A stretch of 64,000 nucleotides of DNA from an uncultured SAR86 cluster bacterium (GCA_902523885.1 CABZAV010000004.1:52761-116760), one strand, 5' to 3'; shown: positions 20,508 through 30,010, counted from the stretch's first letter. Notes: generated from the letters alone by a model not told the origin. Program-made: numbers and translations.

Positions 20508-21686
20508 ATGGGTAATGCTTATATTGTTGGAGCGGTAAGAACTCCAGGCGGAAAAAAAGATGGAAAGCTTAAAAACTGGCATCCTTCTGATTTGGGAGCT
20601 TTAGTTTTAGATGAGCTAGTTGAAAGAACTGGTGCCAAAGGAGAAATGATTGACGACGTAATTTTTGGCTGTGTCAGTCAATCAGGAGCACAAGCAGGCA
20701 ATGTTGCCAGAAATGTAGTGTTAAGTTCAAAACTTCCAGAATCAGTACCAGGAACTTCTGTCGACAGACAGTGCGGATCTTCGCAACAAGCGATTCATTT
20801 TGCAGCTCAAGCAGTAATGTCTGAAACTCAAGATATTGTCATTGCTGGTGGTGTAGAAGTTATGAGTCAAGTGCCAATTGGTTCTAATATTATTGATAGT
20901 TTTAAAGAAGGACATGGTCAGCCGTTTAACGGCAAGGGTATGATGGAAAGATATCCTGGTGTGCAATTCAGTCAGTTTGCTGGTGCCGAGATGATGGCTA
21001 AAAGATGGAACTTTTCACGCGATGATTTAGATGCTTTTGCATTTGCAAGTCATTCGAAAGCTATTAATGCAACTGAGTCTGGTTACTTCGATAAAGAAAT
21101 AGTTCCAGTGGAAGGAGATTTGCCTTCAGGTGAAAAGGAGATGGTTTCTATAGACGAAGGTATTAGATTTGATGCTTCTTTAGAAAGTTTATCAGGTCTT
21201 AAAACTTTATCTGATGATGGTGTTTTAACTGCAGGCAGTTCAAGTCAAATTTGTGATGGTGCGGCAGCAATAATGATTGTTAATGATGCTGGGCTGGAAA
21301 AATTAGGACTTAAACCGAGAGCAAAAATTATTTCTTTAGCTTTAGCAGGAGACGACCCAGTGATAATGCTTACAGGACCTATTCCAGCATCGAAAACTGT
21401 TTTGGAAAAAGCAGATCTTTCTATTGAAGATATGGATCTTTACGAAGTCAACGAAGCCTTTGCTCCAGTTCCACTTGCTTGGGCACATGAGTTAAAAGCT
21501 GATAAAGAAAAACTTAATGTTAATGGCGGTGCAATGGCATTGGGCCATCCTTTAGGAGGAACTGGCGCTAAATTAATGACCACTTTGCTTCACGAATTGG
21601 AAAGAAGAGAAGGTAAGTATGGCCTTCAAGCAATCTGTGAAGGTGGTGGAACTGCAAACGCACTCATTATAGAAAGACTTAATTAA
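20508..21686 (+). CDS. Acetyl-CoA C-acyltransferase (thiolase)
   Basis: Active-site Cys region VDRQCGSSQQAI and C-terminal signatures NVNGGAMALGHPLGGTGA and CEGGGTANA. Confidence 0.92.
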   Translation: MGNAYIVGAVRTPGGKKDGKLKNWHPSDLGALVLDELVERTGAKGEMIDDVIFGCVSQSGAQAGNVARNVVLSSKLPESVPGTSVDRQCGSSQQAIHFAAQAVMSETQDIVIAGGVEVMSQVPIGSNIIDSFKEGHGQPFNGKGMMERYPGVQFSQFAGAEMMAKRWNFSRDDLDAFAFASHSKAINATESGYFDKEIVPVEGDLPSGEKEMVSIDEGIRFDASLESLSGLKTLSDDGVLTAGSSSQICDGAAAIMIVNDAGLEKLGLKPRAKIISLALAGDDPVIMLTGPIPASKTVLEKADLSIEDMDLYEVNEAFAPVPLAWAHELKADKEKLNVNGGAMALGHPLGGTGAKLMTTLLHELERREGKYGLQAICEGGGTANALIIERLN

Positions 21687-21688
21687 TA

Positions 21689-21764
21689 GGGGCTATAGCT
21701 CAGCTGGGAGAGCGCTTGCGTGGCACGCAAGAGGTCGTCGGTTCAAACCCGACTAGCTCCACCA
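21689..21764 (+). tRNA. tRNA-Ala (anticodon GGC), CCA encoded
   Basis: 76 nt folded by hand. Acceptor GGGGCTA/TAGCTCC, D arm GCTC..GAGC, anticodon stem CTTGC/GCAAG with loop GTGGCAC, T arm GTCGG-TTCAAAC-CCGAC. The G3:U70 Ala identity pair is present. Confidence 0.95.
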
Positions 21765-21840
21765 GAATAAAAGTCAATAAACATAAGTGTTTGAGAGCAT
21801 TTCTTGAACCCTTATTTTTTCCATAACTAACAAATAATAA

Positions 21841-21864
21841 TTTGGGTCATACTTTGGGTCATAC
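21841..21864. repeat. Exact tandem duplication of a 12-mer (TTTGGGTCATAC x2)
   Basis: Read directly. The second copy runs into an imperfect hairpin GGTCATACT-CTA-AGTATGTCC (21857-21877). Confidence 0.8.
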
Positions 21865-22049
21865 TCTAAGTATGTCCAAAACTCTTGATTACTAAGGATT
21901 GCTGAAAACCTAGAATATTTAGTTATATATGCAAAAATGGGGTTTTTTTGGAGAGAAATATGAAAAAAATCTTATTACTGACTATCTTCTTAATATGAAA
22001 GAGACACCGTCGCTTTTACCTTTTAAACTACTTAGAAAATAATATAAAG

Positions 22050-22613
22050 ATGGAAGATATTTTTAAAAACAATAAAACTTATTATGGATTTCAAGATAGA
22101 GAGATTGAAGATGAAGTTTTAAAAGATCTTTATGAGATGATAAAAAACAATGCGACTTCATTTAATTGTCAGCCTTTAAGAATACTTTTTATCAAGTCTA
22201 AAGAAGCAAAAGCAAGACTCGAACCTTTTGTATTAGATACAAATAAAGAAAAAACTTTGAAAGCACCGGTCACAGCGATTTTGGCAATGGATTTGTCTTT
22301 TTATGAAGATTTATCAAAGAATTTTCCAGCCATGGATGTCAGTTTTTTATTTAAAGACAACCTTGATTTTACCTATCAAACTGCTTTTCGAAATTCATCT
22401 CTTCAAGGCGGTTATTTTATGAAAGCTGCTCACGCTCTTGGGCTGGGAACAGGTCCAATGAGTGGTTTTGATAACAATGGTTTGGATGAAGAATTTTTTA
22501 AAAATAAAAATTGGAAAAGTAATTTTCTTTGTAACCTTGGCTATGGCGATGAAGATCAAACTAGGCCCAGAGCACCAAGGTATGAATTTGATGAAATTGT
22601 AGAAATTTTATGA
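22050..22613 (+). CDS. Nitroreductase-family oxidoreductase (RutE/YdjA-like)
   Basis: 187 aa with family pattern (SFNCQPLRILFI.., LQGGYFMKAAHALGLGTGPMSGFD). Confidence 0.75.
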   Translation: MEDIFKNNKTYYGFQDREIEDEVLKDLYEMIKNNATSFNCQPLRILFIKSKEAKARLEPFVLDTNKEKTLKAPVTAILAMDLSFYEDLSKNFPAMDVSFLFKDNLDFTYQTAFRNSSLQGGYFMKAAHALGLGTGPMSGFDNNGLDEEFFKNKNWKSNFLCNLGYGDEDQTRPRAPRYEFDEIVEIL

Positions 22614-22626
22614 GAAAAGTTTTGAT

Positions 22627-22887
22627 TTGTTTAAACTTGAAAATACGTCAATTGAAATGAATAACGAAGATTACGATTTAATAAGATTTTTAGAATATTT
22701 AAAATACAGAGCAAATCATAATGAAATTCCTTTGCCGATGGACGAGGGATTTATTCTTGAGTCTTTTCATGTAGGAGTAAGATATTTTTTTGGCGTGACG
22801 ATTGATGATAAAGGTCTTCCGATGCACGATGCTGAAGAACCTTATAAAGGGTTTTTAGAAGAATGGATTGAAAGAACAGTTAATTAG
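22627..22887 (+). CDS. Hypothetical protein
   Basis: ORF only, with TTG start or ATG at 22657. No motif recognised. Confidence 0.4.
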   Translation: MFKLENTSIEMNNEDYDLIRFLEYLKYRANHNEIPLPMDEGFILESFHVGVRYFFGVTIDDKGLPMHDAEEPYKGFLEEWIERTVN

Positions 22888-22907
22888 ATTTTAATCGATA
22901 TAAGAGT

Positions 22908-23327
22908 GTGATGTTTTCTATAGTTTTTAACTTTCCTCAAGGTTTTTGGAAAAAACTAGCTTTATTTAGTTTTTCAATTTTTTTTATCAGTGCCGGTATT
23001 GATCATTTTACGAACAAAGAATTTTATCTTTCTATCATGCCGCCAGCTTTTCCATTGCATCTAGAGGCAGTTTATATCAGTGGATTTTTTGAAATTTTAG
23101 GAGGAATAGGTCTTTTATTTGCAAGGCTGAGAAAAATAGCAGCCCTTGGATTGCTTGTTTTGTTAATTTCAGTTTACCCAGCAAACATTTACATGGCGCT
23201 TTATCCTGAAGTTTTTCCACAATATTCAATTGGCCTTCTGTATTTTCGACTTTTTTTGCAGTTTATTGCATTTTATTGGGCTTATTCTTTATCAACGGAA
23301 AGATTTAACCCACAATTACAGATATAA
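22908..23327 (+). CDS. DoxX-like integral membrane protein
   Basis: Four predicted TM helices. AGIDHF...FFEILGGIGLLF resembles the DoxX family. Confidence 0.55.
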   Translation: MMFSIVFNFPQGFWKKLALFSFSIFFISAGIDHFTNKEFYLSIMPPAFPLHLEAVYISGFFEILGGIGLLFARLRKIAALGLLVLLISVYPANIYMALYPEVFPQYSIGLLYFRLFLQFIAFYWAYSLSTERFNPQLQI

Positions 23328-23337
23328 ATAATCTTAT

Positions 23338-23724
23338 ATGAGGAGAGATATGAATAATTTATCAATTTTAAAAATCACATTAAGGATATTTGGATTTGCA
23401 TTCATTTTAATTATGCCCATGATGAAATTAGATCCACTTGGAGGATGGGCTTGGAGTCCAGGACAATGGGAATATGAAATGATGATTCAGGGAGTTTATA
23501 TGACACTTGGGGTAATGATGCTAATTGCAGCGAATGATCCTTTAAAAAATCCTTTATTTGTTTGGTTTGTAGTTTGGAGTAGTTTTGTGCATGGTGGAAT
23601 TATGGCTTTTCAGGCGATAATCGATACCCATGAAATGGGACACTTTCTTGGTGATATTCCAGCTTTATTTATTCTTGCAATAATTGCTGGCTATAATTTA
23701 AGAAAATTACAAACTAGCTCATAA
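23338..23724 (+). CDS. Hypothetical membrane protein
   Basis: 128 aa with several hydrophobic helices. No family recognised. Confidence 0.5.
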   Translation: MRRDMNNLSILKITLRIFGFAFILIMPMMKLDPLGGWAWSPGQWEYEMMIQGVYMTLGVMMLIAANDPLKNPLFVWFVVWSSFVHGGIMAFQAIIDTHEMGHFLGDIPALFILAIIAGYNLRKLQTSS

Positions 23725-23729
23725 ATACA

Positions 23730-24116
23730 ATGGATAAAAAACTTTATAGAAATGGTCCATACGCAGATTTTTTTTCTCAAGGCGTACAAACAGGGAATAT
23801 TCTTACCTTAGCAGGTCAATTGGGAGATGACTTAGAAGGTAATGTTCCTAATGATTTGCAAAGTCAGATGGAAAATTGTTACAAAAATATAGAAACTATT
23901 TTGAAAGAATTCAATGCATCGTTAATTAATATTATTGATGAAACATGGTTTGTAACAGACATAGAAGAATGCATGACTAATGTCGGAGAGATTTTTGATT
24001 CAAGGGAGAAAATTTATGGGTGCAAACCAGAGGTCTCCCAAACTTTAATTGGAGTGTCTGCTTTGGTTGATCCTAAGTATAAAATTGAAATTAAGTGTAT
24101 TGCTTATCTCGAGTAA
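23730..24116 (+). CDS. RidA/YjgF/L-PSP family protein
   Basis: 128 aa. The size and pattern (LAGQLG...NCYKNIETIL...IEIKCIA) fit RidA-like proteins. Confidence 0.6.
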   Translation: MDKKLYRNGPYADFFSQGVQTGNILTLAGQLGDDLEGNVPNDLQSQMENCYKNIETILKEFNASLINIIDETWFVTDIEECMTNVGEIFDSREKIYGCKPEVSQTLIGVSALVDPKYKIEIKCIAYLE

Positions 24117-24119
24117 AAC

Positions 24120-24602
24120 TTAATCAATATCAACAATTTTTTTCTTATGTAACCTAGTTTCAGCTAATAAATCGCTCATGTACTCTTGAAAGAAAATGAT
24201 CTTTTTATCTTTTAATCGCATAACCATTGCATAGTTGTTATTGTATTCGCCATTTATACCTTCTGCTTCTCCCTCAATAGTAAAAACGACCATATCTCCA
24301 CCAGCTATTTTATTAGTTATGTTAAGAGTAATGCCATTGGGCAGAACAGCAGGAATAACCTCGTTTAACCAGGTTGATTCATAAGTTTCCTTGTTATATT
24401 TCTTACAAATTTCACAGATGCCCATAAATTCAAATTCAAAATCTTCGTGAATTAATTCCATCGCTACATCTGGATTGGATAAAATATTGGCCCAGAAAAG
24501 ATCTACAACTTTTAAATTTTGTTCTTCAAGTTTGTGGCCATTAGCCATTAGGGTTGAAGGAAGTAAAAATAGAATTAAAAAAAATATTTTTAAAAATTTC
24601 AT
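24120..24602 (-). CDS. Exported SnoaL/NTF2-like fold protein
   Basis: Signal peptide (MKFLKIFFLILFLLPSTLMA) followed by ~135 aa with an NTF2-like pattern. Weak call. Confidence 0.5.
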   Translation of the reverse strand: MKFLKIFFLILFLLPSTLMANGHKLEEQNLKVVDLFWANILSNPDVAMELIHEDFEFEFMGICEICKKYNKETYESTWLNEVIPAVLPNGITLNITNKIAGGDMVVFTIEGEAEGINGEYNNNYAMVMRLKDKKIIFFQEYMSDLLAETRLHKKKIVDID

Positions 24603-24634
24603 AATATATCCTCGTTTTAAAAATATAAGATATC

Positions 24635-25039
24635 ATGAAAGAAAGACTAAATATGAAAAAACTATGTGAAATTCAAATTTTTGAATGCTCTGCAAAAACT
24701 CTCTGGGAAATTTTATCAAATGTAAGTAGATGTGATTGGGTTCCAACTATTAAAGAAATTACATTAGAGGGAGATTGCAGATTATTTGAAATGGAAGGAA
24801 TGGGAACAGTGAAAGAGAGAATCCTCTTGCTTGATAATGAATCCATGAGGCTACAATATTCTGCTATTGAAACTCCTACGCCAATTCAACATCATTTAGC
24901 TACAATGCAGATTTCATCGATTGATGAATCCCTTTGTAAATTGGAATGGACAACTGAAATAGAGCCCGAAGTTTTTGCTGAAGTAGTCCATCAAGGGATG
25001 GTAATTTCCATAGAAGGTATAAAAAAAATTATTAAATAA
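24635..25039 (+). CDS. SRPBCC (START/Bet v1-like) superfamily protein
   Basis: ~130 aa with a pattern typical of polyketide-cyclase-like SRPBCC proteins (WEILSN..RCDWVP.. ..LEWTTEIEP). Alternative start at 24653. Confidence 0.5.
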   Translation: MKERLNMKKLCEIQIFECSAKTLWEILSNVSRCDWVPTIKEITLEGDCRLFEMEGMGTVKERILLLDNESMRLQYSAIETPTPIQHHLATMQISSIDESLCKLEWTTEIEPEVFAEVVHQGMVISIEGIKKIIK

Positions 25040-25041
25040 TT

Positions 25042-27024
25042 TTGAGAATAATTCTTTCTTTTGTCTTTGTTTTGTTAACTTCTTGCGGCGGAAGTGGAGG
25101 AAGTAGCTCTATTAATCCTGCACCTGAAATTAATCTTACTGTAAATAAAATCAACTTGCTATTCCCAGGAAACACAACTCTTCAATGGAGTTCGAATAAT
25201 GCTACCTCATGTTCAGCTACGGGCGATTGGTCTGGAACATATGGAACTTCAGGGACAGAAATAATAAACATTTCTAATGCTGGTACTAGTAATTTTATAC
25301 TTACTTGTGAAGGGCCAGGCGGGTCGATTAATGAAAGTGTCTCCGTGTCTTTAAATTCTGATCCTTTGTATTCTTATCAATGGCATCTTAAAAATACTGG
25401 TCAAACAAATTTTGCTAGTTTAAGCGAAGGAACATATGATTTAAATATAGAAGATGTAATTTCCTCTGGAATAACTGGACTTGGTACAATTATTGCAATT
25501 GTAGATACAGGATTGGAAGTGACTCATGAAGATTTGAGTGCAAACGTTGTTGTTGGTAAATCCTATGATTATTCCGATCAAGATAATAATCCTGAACCAA
25601 TAAATTCCTCAGGTGACCATGGTACTTCCATGGCAGGAATTTCATCAGCGGTAGGGGGAAACAATGTAGGTGTCAGAGGCGTTGCTCCAAATTCAAAAGT
25701 AGTGGGTTTTAACGTTATTGGAGGATCTAATAATACAATTTCAAATATGATTGATGCTTTAGGAGGCGCTTCTGGAGGAGCTGATACTCAAGAAATTGAT
25801 ATTTTTAATATGAGCTTTGGTTCAAATATGGAAAGATTTTTTCCATCTCCTCTTAATGCTTCGTTTGAAGCAGCCTTCAAAAATGGGGTAGATAATCTTC
25901 GAAATGGAAAAGGTGCAATTTATGTAACCTCTGCTGGAAACCAATGGAGTTTTAGAGAAAATTCAAATCTATATTATTGTGGACCTAATTATGGAGTAAA
26001 TAATCCAGATAAAGGGTTTCCTTGTTGGGATGCAAGTTTTGATACTAAATTAACTGTTCCCTATGTTATTGGTGTGGCTTCTCTAAAAGAATCTGGAGTT
26101 AGATCATCCTATTCAACGCCAGGTTCAAGTTTATGGGTTTCTGGTTTTGGAGGAGAGTTTGGAAATAATCAAAGTTATACGGGACTATCAGTTGTGGGAG
26201 GGAATAATCCGGCATTGATGACAACGGATCAATCTTCATGTTCCAAAGGCTATGTAAGAACTGGAATAAATATTGGTTCGGGTTTGAATATAAATTCATT
26301 TCAAAGTGGCTCTTATCCAGAAAATCAAAATTGTAATTATACTTCTACAGCTAACGGCACTAGTGCCGCAACACCGACTATAAGTGGAGTAATTGCATTA
26401 ATGTTAGAAGCAAACAACAATCTGTCTTGGCGAGACGTTAAACATATTCTTGCTGCAACCTCGGATCAAATAGATTCAAGTCGTCAAAAAACATATTTAG
26501 GTGTCAATCAATATAGTTGGATAACAAATGCAGCAGGTTACAAGCATCATAGTTGGTATGGATTTGGAAAAATTAATGGAGTAGCCGCAGTAGAGGCAGC
26601 AAAAAACTATACAACTGGTAGTCTTGGTACTTTTAATGATTCTGGATGGATTTCCAGTGGTACAATTGATACAAGTTTTGCTAGTTACGAAAGAACTATT
26701 CTCAATAATTCTAGCCTAAATGTAACTCAACCAGCATCTTCGAATGGGAAAATAGAATTTGTAAGAGTGAGAATATCTATGACAGCAAGCAATCCCAATC
26801 ATATAGGTTTAGAGTTGTTATCGCCAGAAGGAACAATAGTTCCTGTATTTCCACCATATACAATAATTACAAACAACCCTTCATCCGTTCCCTTTGAGAT
26901 TGGAATTAGTTCTTTATATGGAGAAAACATAAGTGGTGATTGGAAGTTGATTGTTTCAGATTATTCAAACGATGGAATAGCAGGAGTCATTAATTCCTGG
27001 CAAATAAGAGTTTATGGTAACTAA
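25042..27024 (+). CDS. Kexin-like subtilase (S8) lipoprotein with C-terminal proprotein-convertase P-domain
   Basis: TTG start and lipobox LLTSC followed by a Gly/Ser linker. Catalytic triad motifs AIVDTGLE, GDHGTSMAG and NGTSAATPTISG. P-domain end GDWKLIVSDYSNDGIAGVINSWQIRVYG. No N-terminal I9 propeptide. Confidence 0.88.
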   Translation: MRIILSFVFVLLTSCGGSGGSSSINPAPEINLTVNKINLLFPGNTTLQWSSNNATSCSATGDWSGTYGTSGTEIINISNAGTSNFILTCEGPGGSINESVSVSLNSDPLYSYQWHLKNTGQTNFASLSEGTYDLNIEDVISSGITGLGTIIAIVDTGLEVTHEDLSANVVVGKSYDYSDQDNNPEPINSSGDHGTSMAGISSAVGGNNVGVRGVAPNSKVVGFNVIGGSNNTISNMIDALGGASGGADTQEIDIFNMSFGSNMERFFPSPLNASFEAAFKNGVDNLRNGKGAIYVTSAGNQWSFRENSNLYYCGPNYGVNNPDKGFPCWDASFDTKLTVPYVIGVASLKESGVRSSYSTPGSSLWVSGFGGEFGNNQSYTGLSVVGGNNPALMTTDQSSCSKGYVRTGINIGSGLNINSFQSGSYPENQNCNYTSTANGTSAATPTISGVIALMLEANNNLSWRDVKHILAATSDQIDSSRQKTYLGVNQYSWITNAAGYKHHSWYGFGKINGVAAVEAAKNYTTGSLGTFNDSGWISSGTIDTSFASYERTILNNSSLNVTQPASSNGKIEFVRVRISMTASNPNHIGLELLSPEGTIVPVFPPYTIITNNPSSVPFEIGISSLYGENISGDWKLIVSDYSNDGIAGVINSWQIRVYGN

Positions 27025-27571
27025 TATGAAACTTTTTAAAATTTTCCATGTCTCTATTTTTTTCTTTAATGCAAGTTTGTTTGCTGGTTTGAACACAATT
27101 GAACAAAATGATTTGATAATTAAAAAAAATGAAGACACTCGCATCGAAAAATTTGATAGTAATCAAAAAATATTGATTGATTCTTTAGTATTCCCCTATA
27201 AACAAGTAGCCAATTCAGTAGGCTTTATAAAATTAGGTAATTTTTTTTATAAACTTAACATTACCGAAAATTCAAATGAATATGTGAATGACACAAATGA
27301 AGACAGAAAAATTTTTAAATTAGTAGAAATGGGAAGGAGCAAGTATATGATTACAGATGGTTCATTTATAATTGAATTTCAAGGAAATACGGATAGACAG
27401 AAATTTAATGAGGAATATTCAATAGTTCCAAAATATGAAATGGGCACTAGGACAGCTTATCAACCTTTGAGATTTGAAAACTTAGATGAAGTCTTTAATA
27501 GACTTAATGCGGACAAAAGAGTTATTTCTTATGAACTCGATCTAATAGATCCAAATATAGTTTTACAGTAA
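27014..27571 (+). CDS. Exported hypothetical protein; candidate trans-acting propeptide/chaperone for the upstream S8 protease
   Basis: Overlaps the protease stop by 11 nt. Signal peptide present. The C-terminal ~70 aa (FIIEFQGNTDRQKF...LDEVFNRLNADKRVISYELD) resembles the I9 subtilisin-propeptide pattern. Confidence 0.5.
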   Translation: MVTNMKLFKIFHVSIFFFNASLFAGLNTIEQNDLIIKKNEDTRIEKFDSNQKILIDSLVFPYKQVANSVGFIKLGNFFYKLNITENSNEYVNDTNEDRKIFKLVEMGRSKYMITDGSFIIEFQGNTDRQKFNEEYSIVPKYEMGTRTAYQPLRFENLDEVFNRLNADKRVISYELDLIDPNIVLQ

Positions 27572-27594
27572 TTTATAATGGATTTTCTAAAATT

Positions 27595-27762
27595 ATGAGC
27601 TTTATGTTTTTATGGGCTATTTGGTCGTTAGTTTCGTATTTTGTTGTTCAAATTGTTTCTTATGAAAGAGTTTCTGATCTCGATAGAAATAAAAACATAG
27701 AAATAATGGCTTGTCTTGTCTTCGGAGGAATTATAAATTTAGTCTTATTTAGCATTTATTAA
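27595..27762 (+). CDS. Unannotated 55-aa two-helix mini membrane protein (below the ORF-track cutoff)
   Basis: Translated by hand: MSFMFLWAIWSLVSYFVVQIVSYERVSDLDRNKNIEIMACLVFGGIINLVLFSIY. It fills an otherwise unusually long 194-nt gap and ends 3 nt before the P450 start. Confidence 0.35.
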   Translation: MSFMFLWAIWSLVSYFVVQIVSYERVSDLDRNKNIEIMACLVFGGIINLVLFSIY

Positions 27763-27765
27763 TAT

Positions 27766-29067
27766 ATGAAAAACAACTTCATAAAAATAAGAAACTATTT
27801 GTATTTAAAAGCCTTTAAGTTTTTGATTGGATTTGAAAGATTCTCAAACAATGGTTTTGCACTTAATATTCTTTCAACTGATTTTATCGACGATCCATAT
27901 TCAACCTATTCGTCGATGAGATCTAAAAAGAAAATCTATTACTCGTCTTCTACTTTTCTTCACTGGGTCACAAATATGGAGTATGTCCAAGATATGCTTC
28001 GAAATAAAGATTTCAGTGTTGATGATAGAAAGTATTCAATTGCAAAAAGGCGTAGAAAAGAATTGATTAAAGATGGCAGGGAAATTATGTTGGATCAATT
28101 TGATAACCCAAGTATCCTTAAATTAGATCCGCCAGATCATTCAAGAATAAGAAAATTAGTATCTTATGGTTTTACAAATAGATATATTTCTTCCTTAGAA
28201 TCAGAAATTAAAAAAACTATCAATGAGTGTCTAGATAAAACTCATGATGAAAGTTCTTTTGATCTGATAGATGCATTAGCCAAACCTCTACCTGCAATTG
28301 TTATAGCTAAAATGATGGGTTTACCCAATGAAGATTTGAATCAGTTTCAGAAATGGTCTGAAGATCTTTTGTTGGAAGTTGGTGGCATTACTTCATCTGA
28401 AATTCAAAGAAAGAAAGCTAGAGACGCATATGAGGAATTAATAAGATATTTTGAAAGAATAATTCTTGAAAGGAAAGACAATCCTGGAGATGACTTTATT
28501 GGCAAGTTAATTCAAGCTGAGGAAGAGGGCGATAAATTAAATGTTAAAGAAATGTTTGGTACATGCTTGTTACTTTTAGTAGCTGGCCATGAAACCACTA
28601 CAAGACTTATTGGGAACGGCTTATTTACTTTATTCAAGCACCCAGAACAATTTAATCATTTAAAAAATAATTTTGATTTGATTCCTAATGCTATTGAAGA
28701 GATGCTCCGATTTGAACCACCAGTTCATGCCACTGTTAGATTTGCACACGATGACATGATTTATGCTGGAAAAAAATTTAAAAGAGGGACTGCATTTGCA
28801 ATTAGTATTGCCGGGGCCAATAGAGATCCTTTGGCTAATAAAAATCCAAATGAATTTGATATTACAAGAGAAAATATTAAGCACGTCTCATTTGGCTACG
28901 GTCCTCATATGTGTATTGGAGCTCATTTAGCCAGGATAGAAACGAAGTTAGCGTTCGAAACTATGTTTGATAGATTTCCTGATATGAAGTTGATAGATAA
29001 AAATCCAGAATGGGGTAAAAATTTTATTTTCAGAGGCTTTGATCATTTAGAAATAAAAGCAAATTAA
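27766..29067 (+). CDS. Cytochrome P450
   Basis: I-helix AGHETT, ExxR (EEMLRF) and heme loop FGYGPHMCIGAHLA. Confidence 0.92.
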   Translation: MKNNFIKIRNYLYLKAFKFLIGFERFSNNGFALNILSTDFIDDPYSTYSSMRSKKKIYYSSSTFLHWVTNMEYVQDMLRNKDFSVDDRKYSIAKRRRKELIKDGREIMLDQFDNPSILKLDPPDHSRIRKLVSYGFTNRYISSLESEIKKTINECLDKTHDESSFDLIDALAKPLPAIVIAKMMGLPNEDLNQFQKWSEDLLLEVGGITSSEIQRKKARDAYEELIRYFERIILERKDNPGDDFIGKLIQAEEEGDKLNVKEMFGTCLLLLVAGHETTTRLIGNGLFTLFKHPEQFNHLKNNFDLIPNAIEEMLRFEPPVHATVRFAHDDMIYAGKKFKRGTAFAISIAGANRDPLANKNPNEFDITRENIKHVSFGYGPHMCIGAHLARIETKLAFETMFDRFPDMKLIDKNPEWGKNFIFRGFDHLEIKAN

Positions 29068-29071
29068 ATTT

Positions 29072-29263
29072 ATGAAGATATTAAAAGTATTCGATCAAGC
29101 AGAGTTAGTCTTAGTTGATCTTGAAGTAAACCTGGGCAAGAAGATACAGAGTTCACCTACGTTATGTATCAAAATGGATGGAAAAATCATTCCTTTGCAT
29201 AGTGCTCATGATGGCAGACCAATTTTGATGAATATGGAAAACGCTATTGATTTTCCCGATTAA
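29072..29263 (+). CDS. Hypothetical 63-aa protein
   Basis: ORF wedged between the P450 (4-nt gap) and Sir2 (0-nt gap). No motif recognised, and a single Cys rules out a ferredoxin. Confidence 0.4.
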   Translation: MKILKVFDQAELVLVDLEVNLGKKIQSSPTLCIKMDGKIIPLHSAHDGRPILMNMENAIDFPD

Positions 29264-30001
29264 ATGGATCAATTTTTTGAATTAAAACAATTTATAGATG
29301 AATGCTCTTATCCTGTTTTTTTTACTGGCGCAGGAATAAGTACTGATTCAGGGATTCCTGACTTTAGAGGCCCAAATGGTTTCTGGAAAAAGAATCAACC
29401 AATATACTTTCAAGACTTTATGGCTTCAGAAGAAATGCGAAATAGATATTGGGAACAAAGCATTCAATTCAAAAGTAATTTTAATTCATACCAACCTAAT
29501 TTTGGTCACAAAGCAATCGCAAAAATTATTAAAGATAAAAATAAAGGTCATTGCATAACTCAAAACATAGATAATTTGCATCAGGCTGGTGGCTTGGACA
29601 ACGACCAAGTAACAGAAATACATGGCAATGCAACTTATGCTGTTTGTTTGGATTGCTCCAAAAAATATGAATTAAGTGATATTCATGCTCAATTTATCAG
29701 TTCAAAAAAATCTCCAATTTGTGATGTTTGTTCAGGGCCTATTAAAACAGCAACTATTTCATTTGGTCAGCCTATGCCTGAATTAGAAATGCAAAGAGCA
29801 CAAATAGAAGCAGAATCATCTGATTTATTTATTGTTGCAGGTTCTTCTTTGGTAGTTTTTCCTGCTGCAACTATCCCTTTATATGCCAAAGAAAAAGGAG
29901 CTAAGTTGATAATTATTAATAATGAACCTACGGAATTTGATCGCTTTGCCGATCTGGTAATAAATGAAAGTATTAGTGACACGTTCAAACAAGCTATTTA
30001 G
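29264..30001 (+). CDS. cobB: Sir2-family NAD-dependent protein deacylase
   Basis: GAGISTDSGIPDFRG, QNIDNLH, catalytic EIHGN and Zn-ribbon Cys4 (CLDC...CDVC). 245 aa. Confidence 0.9.
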   Translation: MDQFFELKQFIDECSYPVFFTGAGISTDSGIPDFRGPNGFWKKNQPIYFQDFMASEEMRNRYWEQSIQFKSNFNSYQPNFGHKAIAKIIKDKNKGHCITQNIDNLHQAGGLDNDQVTEIHGNATYAVCLDCSKKYELSDIHAQFISSKKSPICDVCSGPIKTATISFGQPMPELEMQRAQIEAESSDLFIVAGSSLVVFPAATIPLYAKEKGAKLIIINNEPTEFDRFADLVINESISDTFKQAI

Positions 30002-30010
30002 AATATTGAG

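Noticed and set aside
20465-20515. 16-codon upstream ORF (MIELHLNSLETRRKNG) overlapping the thiolase start.
   Set aside because: It has no SD and no regulatory amino-acid pattern. It is probably fortuitous in an AT-rich leader.
29264-30001. Sir2 domain protein as a possible anti-phage (Sir2-type NADase) defence gene.
   Set aside because: It has a size of 245 aa, an intact Zn-ribbon Cys4 and deacylase motifs. There is no fused or adjacent sensor/effector (HerA, Argonaute, TIR, DSR-type extension). It looks like a housekeeping CobB-type sirtuin.
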